The notes: generated by a model not told the origin, from the letters alone. Shown: positions 37,894 to 47,704, counted from the first letter of the stretch. The stretch: DNA of 58,049 bases from Myxococcales bacterium (GCA_016703425.1 JADJCA010000011.1:1-58049); one strand, 5' to 3'. Translations and numbers: made by a program.

Positions 37894-39396
37894 TCACGAG
37901 GCGTCCCGCTCCCAGACGACCCAGCGGTCACCGCGCCACTTGAGGTGGAACGTCCCCGCCGGCGGCCGGAACCCTTCACCGCGGGTGAGCACGTAGTCGT
38001 AATAGGGAAAGAGCTCACCGCGTGCGGGGACCATTTCAGGCGTCCACTCCCAGCGGCTTCGCGCAGGCCCGCCGGGCGGCGGATATTTGCCCGGCTTGTA
38101 GTCGAACGGCCAATGCAAGTAGCCCGCGTAGGAGAACTGCACGATGCCGCCCTTGTGCAGCTGGTAGTACGAGCCGAAGTGAAGGAACGGGGCCCAGTTG
38201 GTCACGTTCGAGCCGCGATCAAAGATCAGCGCAGCGACCCTCTTGCGCGGCTCCATGACGCCGATGGCCTGGTCGATGTCACCGACCTCCTCGAGCTGAA
38301 ATTTCATGAAGTGGCGACACGTGTTCACCGTCGATGCGACGCCAAGCGCCGCCATCGCGAAGGTGGCCAAGTGCCCACGCAGGCCGATGGGCATCCGCAA
38401 GAGCGGTATCGCCGTGAGCAGGAAGAGGATGGGGAACCGCTGCGCGATGAGCCAGATGTAATCGTGGCCTTCGCCCATCGTGAAGTAGAGGACGACGCAC
38501 GCGAGCGGCAGGAGCACGTAGGCCCGACTGCGGTCGCTCGAGCCGTCGCGATCGCCTTGGGCGAGCCCCACGACGAAGACCGCGACCATCGCCGTCGCGA
38601 TGAGGATGGCCTCGTCGGTCGTGTCTTTGAAGACGTCGGTGAGCCACTGAAAGACGCCCGGCAACGCTTGGTTGAGCGGCGCGATGCCGTCTTCCGGGCC
38701 CGGCCGCAAGGCTCCGCGCGTCAACTTGCCGGCGTCGGTGAAGAGCGTCCACCGAGCGAGCGCGAGGAGAGCGGGCACCGTCGGCAGGCCGGCGCGAATC
38801 CACTCACGAGGCCTCGTCCAGGGAAAGAGCGCGGCGAAGCCGAGCCCGAAGATCCCGAAGGGAAAGACGTGGGAGTAGAAGAGCGCGAAGCTGATGGCGG
38901 CGAGCAAGAGGCCACGGCGAAGGGTCGGCGCTTCGAACCAGCGGACGGCGGTCGCGAGGCCCCAGAACATGAGCGGGATGCCGAGGAGGAACGGCAGGAG
39001 CCCGAACATGAACATCACGTTCACGAGGAGGGGCACCGCGAGGAGCGCCGCCCGGCCGTCTTTGCCGAAGGCGCGCATCAGCTCGCGAATGGCGAGCGGC
39101 GTGCCTCCCAAGTACGCGCTCATGAGCAGGACGTTGGCGGGCACAACGCCCACGAAGGTCGAGAGGACGCTCGCGAGCAGGTAGTAAAAGACGTATTGCG
39201 TCCGGCCGAGCGTCAGAACGAGGTCGCCGAAGCCGTAGACCGGGTTTCCGATGTCGTGGATGACGCGGATCGTCGCGAGGTGAAACGGGACGTCTTGGAT
39301 CGGCGGATACTTAACGATCCACGCGGGGGCCGACGCGACGACGGCCACGAGCAAGAAGAAGAGCGTCTCGCGTTTCGGAAGAGTGAAGCGCATGGC
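37894..39396 (-). CDS. polytopic membrane protein with C-terminal extracytoplasmic domain. Fold and function undetermined; GT-C glycosyltransferase-like is one possibility.
   Basis: About 12 predicted TM helices (FFLLVAVVASAPAWIV, YVFYYLLASVLSTFVGVV, LAVPLLVNVMFMFGLLPFLLGIPLMFWGL, ...). The C-terminal ~130 soluble residues are rich in aromatics (YAGYLHWPFDYKPGKYPPPG...WRGDRWVVWER). Confidence 0.55.
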   Translation of the reverse strand, partial: AMRFTLPKRETLFFLLVAVVASAPAWIVKYPPIQDVPFHLATIRVIHDIGNPVYGFGDLVLTLGRTQYVFYYLLASVLSTFVGVVPANVLLMSAYLGGTPLAIRELMRAFGKDGRAALLAVPLLVNVMFMFGLLPFLLGIPLMFWGLATAVRWFEAPTLRRGLLLAAISFALFYSHVFPFGIFGLGFAALFPWTRPREWIRAGLPTVPALLALARWTLFTDAGKLTRGALRPGPEDGIAPLNQALPGVFQWLTDVFKDTTDEAILIATAMVAVFVVGLAQGDRDGSSDRSRAYVLLPLACVVLYFTMGEGHDYIWLIAQRFPILFLLTAIPLLRMPIGLRGHLATFAMAALGVASTVNTCRHFMKFQLEEVGDIDQAIGVMEPRKRVAALIFDRGSNVTNWAPFLHFGSYYQLHKGGIVQFSYAGYLHWPFDYKPGKYPPPGGPARSRWEWTPEMVPARGELFPYYDYVLTRGEGFRPPAGTFHLKWRGDRWVVWERDAS

Positions 39397-39465
39397 GACG
39401 TTTGGCGGACCGCGCCGGCCCGCCGGGCACGCAACGTACACCATCCCCGAAACGCGGATATGCGT

Positions 39466-41382
39466 CTATCGCGTGCGGAGCCGCGTGCCCAACGACGAGG
39501 CGGTCCGCGGGTACCTCGAGCTGTGAGGTCCATGGCTTAGGCGGACCGTGCTCGGCGGTTGGCTGGGGTTCCCCGGAACGGCGGCGTCGGCGACCGCCGA
39601 GCGCACGCGTTCGATGACGTCGAAGAGCCGCTCGGGAGCGATGCCCAACGACTTGAGCGTGGCTTCGTCCGCGGCCGTCGGGCCATCCACCTGCTCGAGC
39701 ACGGCAACGAGGACGTCGGCGCCCATGACGAGTCGCGAAGGAATCGTGGGAGGCACGGCGCCATGGTGGAACGAACAGGCCTCGATGATCTCCGGCGAAA
39801 GGCGCCACGCGCGAGCGACCTCCGCGCCGGCGCGCTGGTGATGGCGCGCCACGAGCTCGTGGGCGAGGTCCGGGTGTTCGACGGCGTAGGGCATCTGCGC
39901 GAGGAGCCGATAGATGCGCGACTCGCCGATGTCGTGGAGCAAGCCGCAGAGGTAGGCGCTGTCGCAAGCGACGCGCAGCTCGTGTGTCAGGAGTCGCGCG
40001 GCGATGGCGGCGCGAACGCTGCGCTCGAAGGAACGGGCAACTTCCGCCCGGAACACGGGGAAGTCTTGTGCGCTTCGTTCGTAGGCGACTTGCAGGAGGA
40101 GGTCGCGCGAGGTGGCGAGACCGATACGCACCAGCGCGACCTGCGTCGAGACGGGCTTCATGCCACGCGAATAGAGCGCCGAGCCGGCGACGGCGATGAA
40201 CCGCGCCGCGAGGGCCGGGTCGCGCTCCACGAGCCGTGCGATGCGACCGATGTCGGTGCGAGGATCCTCAGCGAGCCGCAACGCCTCCTCGGCGGCCTCC
40301 GGCAAGACCGGCAGACCGGCGCGCCCCGTCGCGAGCTCGCGAAGGAGACTCGCTTCGAGCGCCACGCGCCCGTCGCTCGCGGGCCCAAGGGAGACGCTCG
40401 GCATCCGTAGCGACACGTGACCAGCGCGGCTGAAGAGGGGCCGCGCGCTCTGGACGCGATTCTTTCCTGCGCGTTTCGCCTCGTAGAGGGCAGCGTCGGC
40501 GCGCTGGCAGAGCGCTTCCACGCTCATGTCCGGGGCACGCGGATCGAAAGACGCTAGTCCGAAGCTGGCGGTCACGGGCCGCGCTCCCAGTTCGTGGAGC
40601 CGCACCGCCTCGACGCGCTTGCGGCATCGTTCGGCCACGGCCTCGGCTTCGCTGCTTCGCGCCGCGGGAAGCACCACAACAAACTCCTCGCCACCCCAGC
40701 GACCGACGAGGCCTTCGGCGTCACCACCGAGCGCCTCGGCGACGGCGCACAGCACGTGATCGCCGACGTCATGGCCGAAGCAGTCGTTGACCTGCTTGAA
40801 GTCATCGACGTCGACGAAGACCACGGAGAACGCGGCGCCGCGCGACCACGCCTCCTCAAGCGCCGCGTCGATGCTCCGGCGGTTGGGGAGGTTGGTTAGC
40901 GGATCGACCGACGCTTCACGCCGCAAGGTGTCGCGCTCGGCGCGGAGCCGACGCAAGCGATCGCGATCGCGCTTGTGGCGCAGTTGAACGCGCACGCGCG
41001 CCTGGAACTCGGCGACGCGCTCGCGCACCGAAACGAAGTCGTCAGCGCCGCAGAGCAAGCCTCGCGTGACCGTGTCTTCGTCGAAGGCACCCTCCGCGAC
41101 GATCATGATGGGCAGTTCGCGAGCGGCTTCCGTTGCCCGTAGCTCGGCGCATAGCGCGAGGCCTCCGTGGGGCACGGCCACGTCGATGAGCACCAAGTCG
41201 GGCACAAACTCCGAGACCACCTCCGACAGTCGCGAGGTCGTCAAATGAACCCGAAGCTCGCACCCGCTGGCGGCCAACGCGGAGATCACGTCCCGGCTTA
41301 GACCCGAGGCACCTTCGAAGAAGAGCACCCGCGGGTTCTGCTCCTCCGCGGGGGCGAGACTCTGCGCAGGGAGCGAGGGCAT
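39466..41382 (-). CDS. response regulator with GGDEF diguanylate cyclase and HDOD domains (REC-GGDEF-HDOD)
   Basis: REC: VLFFEGASG...DLVLIDVAVP...IMIVAEG. GGDEF: catalytic RWGGEEFVVVLP and NRRSID.... HDOD: LCGLLHDIGESRIYRLL. Start at MPSLPAQS (41382). Confidence 0.85.
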   Translation of the reverse strand: MPSLPAQSLAPAEEQNPRVLFFEGASGLSRDVISALAASGCELRVHLTTSRLSEVVSEFVPDLVLIDVAVPHGGLALCAELRATEAARELPIMIVAEGAFDEDTVTRGLLCGADDFVSVRERVAEFQARVRVQLRHKRDRDRLRRLRAERDTLRREASVDPLTNLPNRRSIDAALEEAWSRGAAFSVVFVDVDDFKQVNDCFGHDVGDHVLCAVAEALGGDAEGLVGRWGGEEFVVVLPAARSSEAEAVAERCRKRVEAVRLHELGARPVTASFGLASFDPRAPDMSVEALCQRADAALYEAKRAGKNRVQSARPLFSRAGHVSLRMPSVSLGPASDGRVALEASLLRELATGRAGLPVLPEAAEEALRLAEDPRTDIGRIARLVERDPALAARFIAVAGSALYSRGMKPVSTQVALVRIGLATSRDLLLQVAYERSAQDFPVFRAEVARSFERSVRAAIAARLLTHELRVACDSAYLCGLLHDIGESRIYRLLAQMPYAVEHPDLAHELVARHHQRAGAEVARAWRLSPEIIEACSFHHGAVPPTIPSRLVMGADVLVAVLEQVDGPTAADEATLKSLGIAPERLFDVIERVRSAVADAAVPGNPSQPPSTVRLSHGPHSSRYPRTASSLGTRLRTR

Positions 41383-41462
41383 GGCCACGTTCTGGTGAAC
41401 GGCCAACGGAGCGCGATCTTGACCCCGGCGAGGATGCGCGGACCGATGAGGCCTCGCTGGCG

Positions 41463-42110
41463 TTATTTCCGGGCCGCCTCGACGAGCGGAGCCAAGACGC
41501 GGGCCAAGTCCCGGGAAGAGGCCGTCTTGGGCAGCTTCACGTCGACCTTCCACTCACTCGCGCGTCCGTCGCCGCGGGGCACCGAGAAGGCCGGGATGAA
41601 CTTCGAGGTGTAGCCCAACGAGTCGAGGCGCTCGCCGTGCACGTCGGCGTCGAAGGCAACGAGGGTCACACCTGCGAGCACGTCGTCGAGCTCGCCGTTG
41701 GCAACGGCCGCCTTCAACGTCCGACATGGCGGGCACCACGAGGCGCCTACTTCCACGATGACGGCTCGTCCTTCGCGCTTGGCGCGCGCCGTTGCGGCGC
41801 GGAGAAACGTGGCCACCTCCGCATCCGCCGGCGCCTCGATCCTCACGGGGCGCGGATCGACCGCGGGCGTCGTCGTGGTCGTGGTCGAGGTCGGGGTCGG
41901 GGTCGGGGTGACTAGGGTCCTAGCGGACCCGTCGACATGCCTTTCCTCCGTCCCTTCGGGACTCCGTCCAGTCATGTTCGGGGTCGGGGTCGAGCCGCTC
42001 ACGACCGGTGACGACGCGTTGGCGGTCGTGGGCGCCCCATCCCTCGCGCACGCCGCGCAGCACGCGCACGCGCATGCCAGACGCGCGAGCGTCCGAACGA
42101 GTCCGGTCAT
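41463..42110 (-). CDS. thioredoxin-family lipoprotein (periplasmic thiol:disulfide oxidoreductase)
   Basis: Lipoprotein signal LARLACAC..., a Thr/Pro-rich linker, then the thioredoxin active site VEVGASWCPPCRTLK. Its start overlaps the upstream cytochrome c stop (ATGA). Confidence 0.8.
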   Translation of the reverse strand: MTGLVRTLARLACACACCAACARDGAPTTANASSPVVSGSTPTPNMTGRSPEGTEERHVDGSARTLVTPTPTPTSTTTTTTPAVDPRPVRIEAPADAEVATFLRAATARAKREGRAVIVEVGASWCPPCRTLKAAVANGELDDVLAGVTLVAFDADVHGERLDSLGYTSKFIPAFSVPRGDGRASEWKVDVKLPKTASSRDLARVLAPLVEAARK

Positions 42111-43348
42111 CGCGGTCGCCCCTGCGCCATCCAGCTCTCGACGAGCTGAATGTCTTCGGCGCCGAGCGGCGGAAGACCAAGGGGCATGCCTCGCACCTCG
42201 CCAGTGTTTTGCCCCGCTTCTTCGCCGTGACGAGCCACGAGCGATGCCACGAGGCGGGGCAAGCCATCTTTCGTGGCGACCGCGAGGCTCTTTCGCTTGC
42301 CGGGCTCCGTCTTGGTGGGCGGCACTTCGAAGAAGCCCGCCATCACGCCTTGGTAGCTCGAGAGGTCAACGCCGCGCGCGAGGAAGCCGAAGCCGCCGGA
42401 GTTGCCAGGGCCGCCGTCGCCGATGGCAAAGTCCGGCTCCGAGTGACAGTGCCAGCAGGTCCGGTGAAAGACCTTGGCGTTGACCTCATCGAACCGCACA
42501 GGCCGCGAGAGCACCGGCAGACGCGCGAACGCCGAGGCCGTCACCGGTGCGAGAGGAGCCGTGAGCAGGACCGTCGTGAGCGCCGCCACCTCGTCTTCCG
42601 TCAGAGGGATGTCCGGCATCGTCGTCACCTTCACCGCCGAAGGCTTGCGGAGCCACGCCGCCAACGTTGATGGCGCGAGTCGATCGCGCGCGTAGCGAAG
42701 GTCCGGCGCTAGCACCATGGCCGGAGCGAGCTTCTCGGGCGAAACGGTGACCGTGAGCGGGCCAACGGTCAAAGGCGGCCCGCCCGTGAAGCGGTGACAC
42801 GTCATGCATCCCTTGCTCGTGAGCAGCTGCTTGCCCTTCTCGGCATCGCCTTTCGCCACGGGGGCCGCCGACGGGGCCGCGCCCTGCGCCTTGAGGTACG
42901 CCGTGAGATCCCTCGCCTCGTCGGGCGAGATGCCCAAGCGCGGCATCGTCATCACGAGTCCCGGGCGCACATCGTGCGGCTTCAGGAGAAACGCTTCCAG
43001 CCAGTCGCTTCGAAGACGGCTCGCTGCGGCGAGCGTCGGTGTGTAGCGGAGGTCTTTCACGATCGGCTGCCACTTCGCGATGGCCTCGGGCGCCGCCTCG
43101 ATACGCCCTTGCATGATGTTCTCGTGGCAACCGACGCAGTCCTTCTCGGGCTTCACCGTCACGTGCGCGGCTTCCGCGAACGTGTGGCAGCGGGCGCACT
43201 CGAAGCGCACTGCGAGCTCGGCGCCGCGTGCGGCGTTGCCGGTCGGGGTGTCGGGGACGACGGGAAACGTCTCTCGCCGACAGCCCGCGACCAGCGCGGA
43301 CAAGGCGACCCCCGCGGCGAGAGCGCCGCAGACGAGTTTCTCTCGCAT
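42107..43348 (-). CDS. tetraheme c-type cytochrome lipoprotein
   Basis: Signal/lipobox ALSALVAGC. Four CxxCH heme-binding motifs: CARCH, CVGCH, CMTCH, CWHCH. Confidence 0.8.
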   Translation of the reverse strand: MREKLVCGALAAGVALSALVAGCRRETFPVVPDTPTGNAARGAELAVRFECARCHTFAEAAHVTVKPEKDCVGCHENIMQGRIEAAPEAIAKWQPIVKDLRYTPTLAAASRLRSDWLEAFLLKPHDVRPGLVMTMPRLGISPDEARDLTAYLKAQGAAPSAAPVAKGDAEKGKQLLTSKGCMTCHRFTGGPPLTVGPLTVTVSPEKLAPAMVLAPDLRYARDRLAPSTLAAWLRKPSAVKVTTMPDIPLTEDEVAALTTVLLTAPLAPVTASAFARLPVLSRPVRFDEVNAKVFHRTCWHCHSEPDFAIGDGGPGNSGGFGFLARGVDLSSYQGVMAGFFEVPPTKTEPGKRKSLAVATKDGLPRLVASLVARHGEEAGQNTGEVRGMPLGLPPLGAEDIQLVESWMAQGRPR

Positions 43349-43357
43349 CGGGCGCGA

Positions 43358-44062
43358 CTAAGCGCGACCTTTGAGGTCCGCTGCGACTGGCGCGTCTTTC
43401 GCTTTGGCCGGAACGGCGAGCGGCGCCGCCGTCTTCGGCTGGCAGATGGCCGGCGTCGACGTCATGCCTTCGCAGCGCTTGACGGCGTCGGCGCTCTTCT
43501 GCGCTTCGCCGGCTTCCGACTGGAGGCGCGAGAGCGCCGCGTAAGCGTGGGGGCTGCCGATGAGATCGTCTTGCGCGAGCTTGGCGAGGAGCGTGAGGGC
43601 CTCTTTTTGTCCGCCCGGCAGCTTGCTGAGGGCCTCGCCGAGGTCCGCCTGCAGCGACGCGTCGCCGGGGCGGCTCACGTTCATCTTGCGAAGCACGGCG
43701 ACGGACCACTCGAGGTTGGCCTTTTGTCGCTGCGCGGGCGCGCCCGTCGCGACACCGAAGGCGCCGTCGCTGCGCGTCGACGCAAGGGCGACGATGCGAA
43801 GCGCACGGTTCTCGAGCGGCGCCACCTCGGCCTTGTCGGACATGCCCTTCAACGCGGGAAACTTCTTGAGCATCGTGGCGGTGGCCACGGCGAACTTCCC
43901 AGCGTCAAGCGACTGCTCCGCCTGCGCGACGAGTCGCGGTGTGTCGTCCTTTTTCTCCGGCTCTTCCATGGCGCGCATGCAGGCGCTCGCGTCAGCGACC
44001 ATGAACGTCATCGCGAGGGTCATCGAGAGCGCCGACGCAAACACAACCTTGCCGAGCTTCAT
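43358..44062 (-). CDS. secreted alpha-helical protein, function unknown
   Basis: Start MKLGKVVFASALSMTLAMTFMVADASA (signal peptide). Ala/Leu/Lys-rich helical protein. It lies 10 nt upstream of the cytochrome c gene. Confidence 0.55.
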   Translation of the reverse strand: MKLGKVVFASALSMTLAMTFMVADASACMRAMEEPEKKDDTPRLVAQAEQSLDAGKFAVATATMLKKFPALKGMSDKAEVAPLENRALRIVALASTRSDGAFGVATGAPAQRQKANLEWSVAVLRKMNVSRPGDASLQADLGEALSKLPGGQKEALTLLAKLAQDDLIGSPHAYAALSRLQSEAGEAQKSADAVKRCEGMTSTPAICQPKTAAPLAVPAKAKDAPVAADLKGRA

Positions 44063-44279
44063 GCCGCTTCCTCCACCTTCCACCAACGACCCACCAGACA
44101 AACGCCGCGCCCCGAGGTTCCCATTCCGGCGCGCGTCATCGTCAGACGCAGCTCGCGGAAGATCGATCCATGGAACCCCACTTTGGCCCGATTCGTGGGT
44201 CTTCCTTGCGTGGGGCCGTAACGGAAATACCCGTGCCAATCGCGGGGCGGGTCCCGGCGACACTCAAGCGCTTGCAACG

Positions 44280-45746
44280 CTACGGAATGTCGGAGGCTTC
44301 GGCCCGCTGCTCACGCGGGGTGTCGGCGCGCGCTGGCCACATCACCTCACCTCGAACGGGGACGCGAACCACGAAGGTGGCGCCGCCGCCGGGGGTGGGC
44401 TCGTAGTGGACGGTGCCATGATGCACCTCCGACACACGACGAACCACTGCGAGGCCAAGCCCCACGCCGGTGGGGCGGGTCGTAAAGAACGGGACGAAGA
44501 GCTGCTCGACGTCTTTGAGCGGCACGCCTTCGCCGTCGTCGGAGACGCTGAGCCGCAACGTTCGGTCCCCCTCGGCGAGCGCGTGCAACTGGACCCGCGT
44601 GCGCCGCCCGCGGGCTTGCAGCGCGTTGGCGACCAAGTTCACGACGGCTTGCCGCAAGAGATCGGCGTCGCAGCTCACGGTGTGCACCTCGGCGGCGACC
44701 TCGAGCTCGACCTCCGAGGGATCGCACTTCGCCTCGGTGCAGGCGGCCTGCACCGCCGAAAGAAGCAGCGGCTCAAGCGCCGTCTCGACGAAGGCCGCGG
44801 TGCGCGGGCGCGCGAAGTCCAAGAGCTCGGTCACGAGTCGATTGAGTCGCTGCGCCTCTTCCTCGACGATCCCAAAGAGCACCTGGGACGCGTCCGTGAG
44901 GCGCTCTTTTTTCTTGAGCGATGCGAGCGCGTTGAAAATGACGGCCAGCGGATTTCTGACCTCGTGGGCGACGACGGCTGAGAGCTCGCCGATGGCCGCG
45001 AGCCGCTCTCGTGCCACGAGCTCGCGCTGCGTTTCAGCGAGTCTGGCGGTGGACTCGTCCAGTGCTCGGGCGTTGGCAACGAACCGCGCCGTGACCGTCG
45101 AGCCGACGGCCATGACGACGATCATGAAGCCGAGCTCGAGGAGATTTGGCAGGCTCCAAGGGAAGGCCGTGGCGATCGCATCGTTGATGCCGAAGAGCGA
45201 GAGCACACCGAGGCCGAGCGCGTGGGCCGCCGCGTCCGCGTCACCCCGACGGAAGCGGCGCGCGTAGCCGAAGGACACGCCGGCCGACAGGGCGCAGAAA
45301 TAGAGCAACAAGATGCCGCCGACGGGCGTAACGGCTGCGTCGCGGTAAACGACGCCAAGCCAGTGCACGGGTCGCTCGTGAACGATCGAATCGAGGGCAA
45401 GACCGGGCACCAGGCCAACCGCGGAGGCCACCATCGCGGCGTAAGAGAGGCCACGTTCCACGTTCGTCGGGCGCCGCTTGGCTCCGGCCACGAAGTAGCG
45501 GAGCCATGCGGCGACGAAGAGCCCTGCAAGGGCCAAGGTCGCGTGGCTGTACAGACGGATGACCGCGACGTTCGTCGTGAGGGTCGCTGGCAGTGAGACC
45601 AGCGAATAGAGCGCGCTTAGGAGTGCCGCGTAGGCGAAATAGCGGAGCTCTCGCCACGTGGAGCCGCGCGAGATGCGAGCGCCCAGGAGCGCGGCGACGA
45701 GCGCGAGCGCGGCGTTGGTGACAGAGAGGGTCGCCGGAATGGTCAC
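44280..45746 (-). CDS. membrane sensor histidine kinase (polytopic N-terminal sensor, HisKA, HATPase_c)
   Basis: About 6 TM helices in the first 230 aa. H-box AHEVRNPLAVIFNALASL. N/G boxes VVNLVANALQA, DDGEGVP, GVGLGLAVV. Confidence 0.85.
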   Translation of the reverse strand: MTIPATLSVTNAALALVAALLGARISRGSTWRELRYFAYAALLSALYSLVSLPATLTTNVAVIRLYSHATLALAGLFVAAWLRYFVAGAKRRPTNVERGLSYAAMVASAVGLVPGLALDSIVHERPVHWLGVVYRDAAVTPVGGILLLYFCALSAGVSFGYARRFRRGDADAAAHALGLGVLSLFGINDAIATAFPWSLPNLLELGFMIVVMAVGSTVTARFVANARALDESTARLAETQRELVARERLAAIGELSAVVAHEVRNPLAVIFNALASLKKKERLTDASQVLFGIVEEEAQRLNRLVTELLDFARPRTAAFVETALEPLLLSAVQAACTEAKCDPSEVELEVAAEVHTVSCDADLLRQAVVNLVANALQARGRRTRVQLHALAEGDRTLRLSVSDDGEGVPLKDVEQLFVPFFTTRPTGVGLGLAVVRRVSEVHHGTVHYEPTPGGGATFVVRVPVRGEVMWPARADTPREQRAEASDIP

Positions 45747-45800
45747 AACAGCGGAATGCTACCCCCCACTGCGCGCGCGCGCACCGGCATCGGCCGGCCG

Positions 45801-46571
45801 TCATTCGCCAGCTTCGGCCATTCGCGCAACGAGGAACGCCATCACCGCATCGGCCCAGACCTCGCCCCCCTTGTTGGTCGGGTGAATGCGGTCGGCCATC
45901 CGTTCCAAGTCGAGTCCGCTCGAATCGAAGAACGCGCAGGGCGCCACGCTCTTTCGAAGGACGTCGATGAACCCCACCTTGTCGGGCTGCCAAAGCGGCG
46001 GCCCGATCCAGATGCAGCGCCGCCTAGGGTTGGTTGAGACGCCGACCTTCTTGACGACCCGCTTGATGGCCGGGATGAGGTACTCGGGCGCGGGGCTCGT
46101 GGCGTTGTTGGCGCCGAGCGTCAGAAGGACCAGGTCGGGGTGGGTCTTCTTGAGCCCAAGGTCGAGGTCGGTGCCCTTCTCGAAGCTCTGGATGCCGGCG
46201 CTCGTGACGGGAATCGAGAAGAACTTGGCGCCATCGGCTTCGAAGCGGCGTCCGAGGGCGCGCGTCAGGCCGAACTTGAAGCCCACCATCGAGTCCCCAA
46301 TGTGCAAGACGCGCCGGTAGCTGTGAAGCACCGCGGCGCCATCGACCAAGCTCGCGGCGTCCGCGATTGCCGCATCTTCGGTCGCCGCGTCGAACGGCCC
46401 GCCGGGAGCCGCGGCTCGCGCGTCGCGCCCCGCGTCGGCGGCATCGCCCGACGCCGAGTCCGAAGGCGCCGAAGCCGCGTCGGTGCTTGGCCCAGCGCGC
46501 TGGGAGCAAGCCGGTCCGCACACGGTCAAGACGATGGGCAGGGCCCAAGCCGCACGAGCCATTCCGCCCAT
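45801..46571 (-). CDS. SGNH/GDSL-family hydrolase lipoprotein
   Basis: Signal/lipobox LPIVLTVCGPAC. Block I HIGDSMV (catalytic Ser), block III LTLGANN, block V DRIHPT (Asp-x-x-His). Confidence 0.75.
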   Translation of the reverse strand: MGGMARAAWALPIVLTVCGPACSQRAGPSTDAASAPSDSASGDAADAGRDARAAAPGGPFDAATEDAAIADAASLVDGAAVLHSYRRVLHIGDSMVGFKFGLTRALGRRFEADGAKFFSIPVTSAGIQSFEKGTDLDLGLKKTHPDLVLLTLGANNATSPAPEYLIPAIKRVVKKVGVSTNPRRRCIWIGPPLWQPDKVGFIDVLRKSVAPCAFFDSSGLDLERMADRIHPTNKGGEVWADAVMAFLVARMAEAGE

Positions 46572-46650
46572 CACGGCTACCACGGCGCGGCGGGGAGACC
46601 TACTTCCCTGCAACACCTTTCCGCGGCTCTCGACTCGTCAACTCCCGCTA

Positions 46651-46677
46651 GTGTGGTGAATCAGAGATTCACCACAC
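46651..46677. repeat. perfect 12-bp inverted repeat gtgtggtgaatc-aga-gattcaccacac. Candidate operator or transcript-end hairpin.
   Basis: Read directly. It lies between the lysR 3' end (46755) and the SGNH hydrolase start (46571). There is no flanking T-tract. Confidence 0.6.
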
Positions 46678-46754
46678 GTCGAACAAGGACAGGAACCGAG
46701 TGCACCTGTGACTTTGGCCGACGAATTCGGCGAGCGAACTTCTGACTCAGGACA

Positions 46755-47621
46755 CTAGGCACGTAGCTCCTCCACGAACCTCGTCGCGGCCCGGCCAAGC
46801 TTACGTCCCTCGCGGAAGTAGAGCCGCGGCTTGAAGGTGTGGGCCTCGCGCCAGCGAATCTCGCGAAAGACCCCGCGCGAGAGCTCGGCCTTCACCATGT
46901 GCTCAGGCATCCAACCGAAGCCCACGCCCGTCATCAGGGCGACCTTCTTGGCGGCGAAGTCCGAGAGCCGAACGCGCGTCCGCTGTTCGAGGCCGGCCGT
47001 CGGCAAAGCGAGGCGCGGGTCGGAGCCACGCACCGTCAGGAGGACGTGCGCGGCGAGCTCCTCTGCCGTTGGACGCGCGCCCAATCGGACGAGCGCGTGG
47101 CCGCGGTGGGCCACGAGCCGCGCACGAATCGGCGGAAGCTCCACGCTCCGGAGCCCCGACGTGGTGGGCGGCAAGACGGCAATCATGAGGTCGGCGTTCG
47201 ACTCGACGAAGACGCGTTCCACGCCAGAGAGGAAGTCGGCGTCTACGTCGACGCGCGTCGGCGCGCCGTCTTTGAGCAGCGACGCGACGACGCCGAGGAG
47301 CGGCTCGACCGAGCAGATGCCGTCGAAGACGACGTGCAGCGACGGCTCCCAGCCGGTCTTCATCTCGTGGCACGAGCGCATGAGTTCGTCTTCCAGTGCG
47401 AGGAGCCGTCGGCAGTGCTCGAGGACGCGCGCGCCTTGGCTCGTGGGCTTGGTGCGATAGCCGGTGCGGTCGAGCAGCTCGAGGCCCGTCTGCTCCTCGA
47501 GGAGGCGCATGGCGTACACGATGGCGGTGTGCCGTTTGCGTAGCGCCGCCGCCGCCTTCACGAAGGTGCCATGGGTCGCCAGGGCGTCGAAGGCGCGGGC
47601 CTGCTCCAGGGTGACGTGCAT
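46755..47621 (-). CDS. LysR-family transcriptional regulator
   Basis: The N-terminal wHTH LEQARAFDALATHGTFVKAAAALRKRHTAIVYAMRLLEEQTGLELLDR is typical of LTTRs. 288 aa with a C-terminal substrate-binding-fold region. It is divergent from hmgA. Confidence 0.85.
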   Translation of the reverse strand: MHVTLEQARAFDALATHGTFVKAAAALRKRHTAIVYAMRLLEEQTGLELLDRTGYRTKPTSQGARVLEHCRRLLALEDELMRSCHEMKTGWEPSLHVVFDGICSVEPLLGVVASLLKDGAPTRVDVDADFLSGVERVFVESNADLMIAVLPPTTSGLRSVELPPIRARLVAHRGHALVRLGARPTAEELAAHVLLTVRGSDPRLALPTAGLEQRTRVRLSDFAAKKVALMTGVGFGWMPEHMVKAELSRGVFREIRWREAHTFKPRLYFREGRKLGRAATRFVEELRA

Positions 47622-47631
47622 ACCGTCACAT

Positions 47632-47648
47632 TGTCTCTTTTTCTGACA
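47632..47648. promoter_or_regulatory. candidate LTTR box TGTC-N9-GACA (T-N11-A type) in the AT-rich lysR/hmgA divergent intergenic region
   Basis: tgtctctttttctgaca read directly. The surrounding 47622..47704 is conspicuously AT-rich for this genome and holds the direct repeat acattgt (47626 and 47646). Confidence 0.4.
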
Positions 47649-47704
47649 TTGTGTGACGTTTTTTGAACTTTCTACGGAGAGCTCGCCTCGCTACGAACGT
47701 CGTC

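Noticed and set aside
36616-39540. 974-aa ORF on the plus strand
   Set aside because: It is antisense to the three bactofilins and the polytopic membrane protein. The composition is extremely Arg/Asp/Gly-rich with no motifs. A high-GC artefact.
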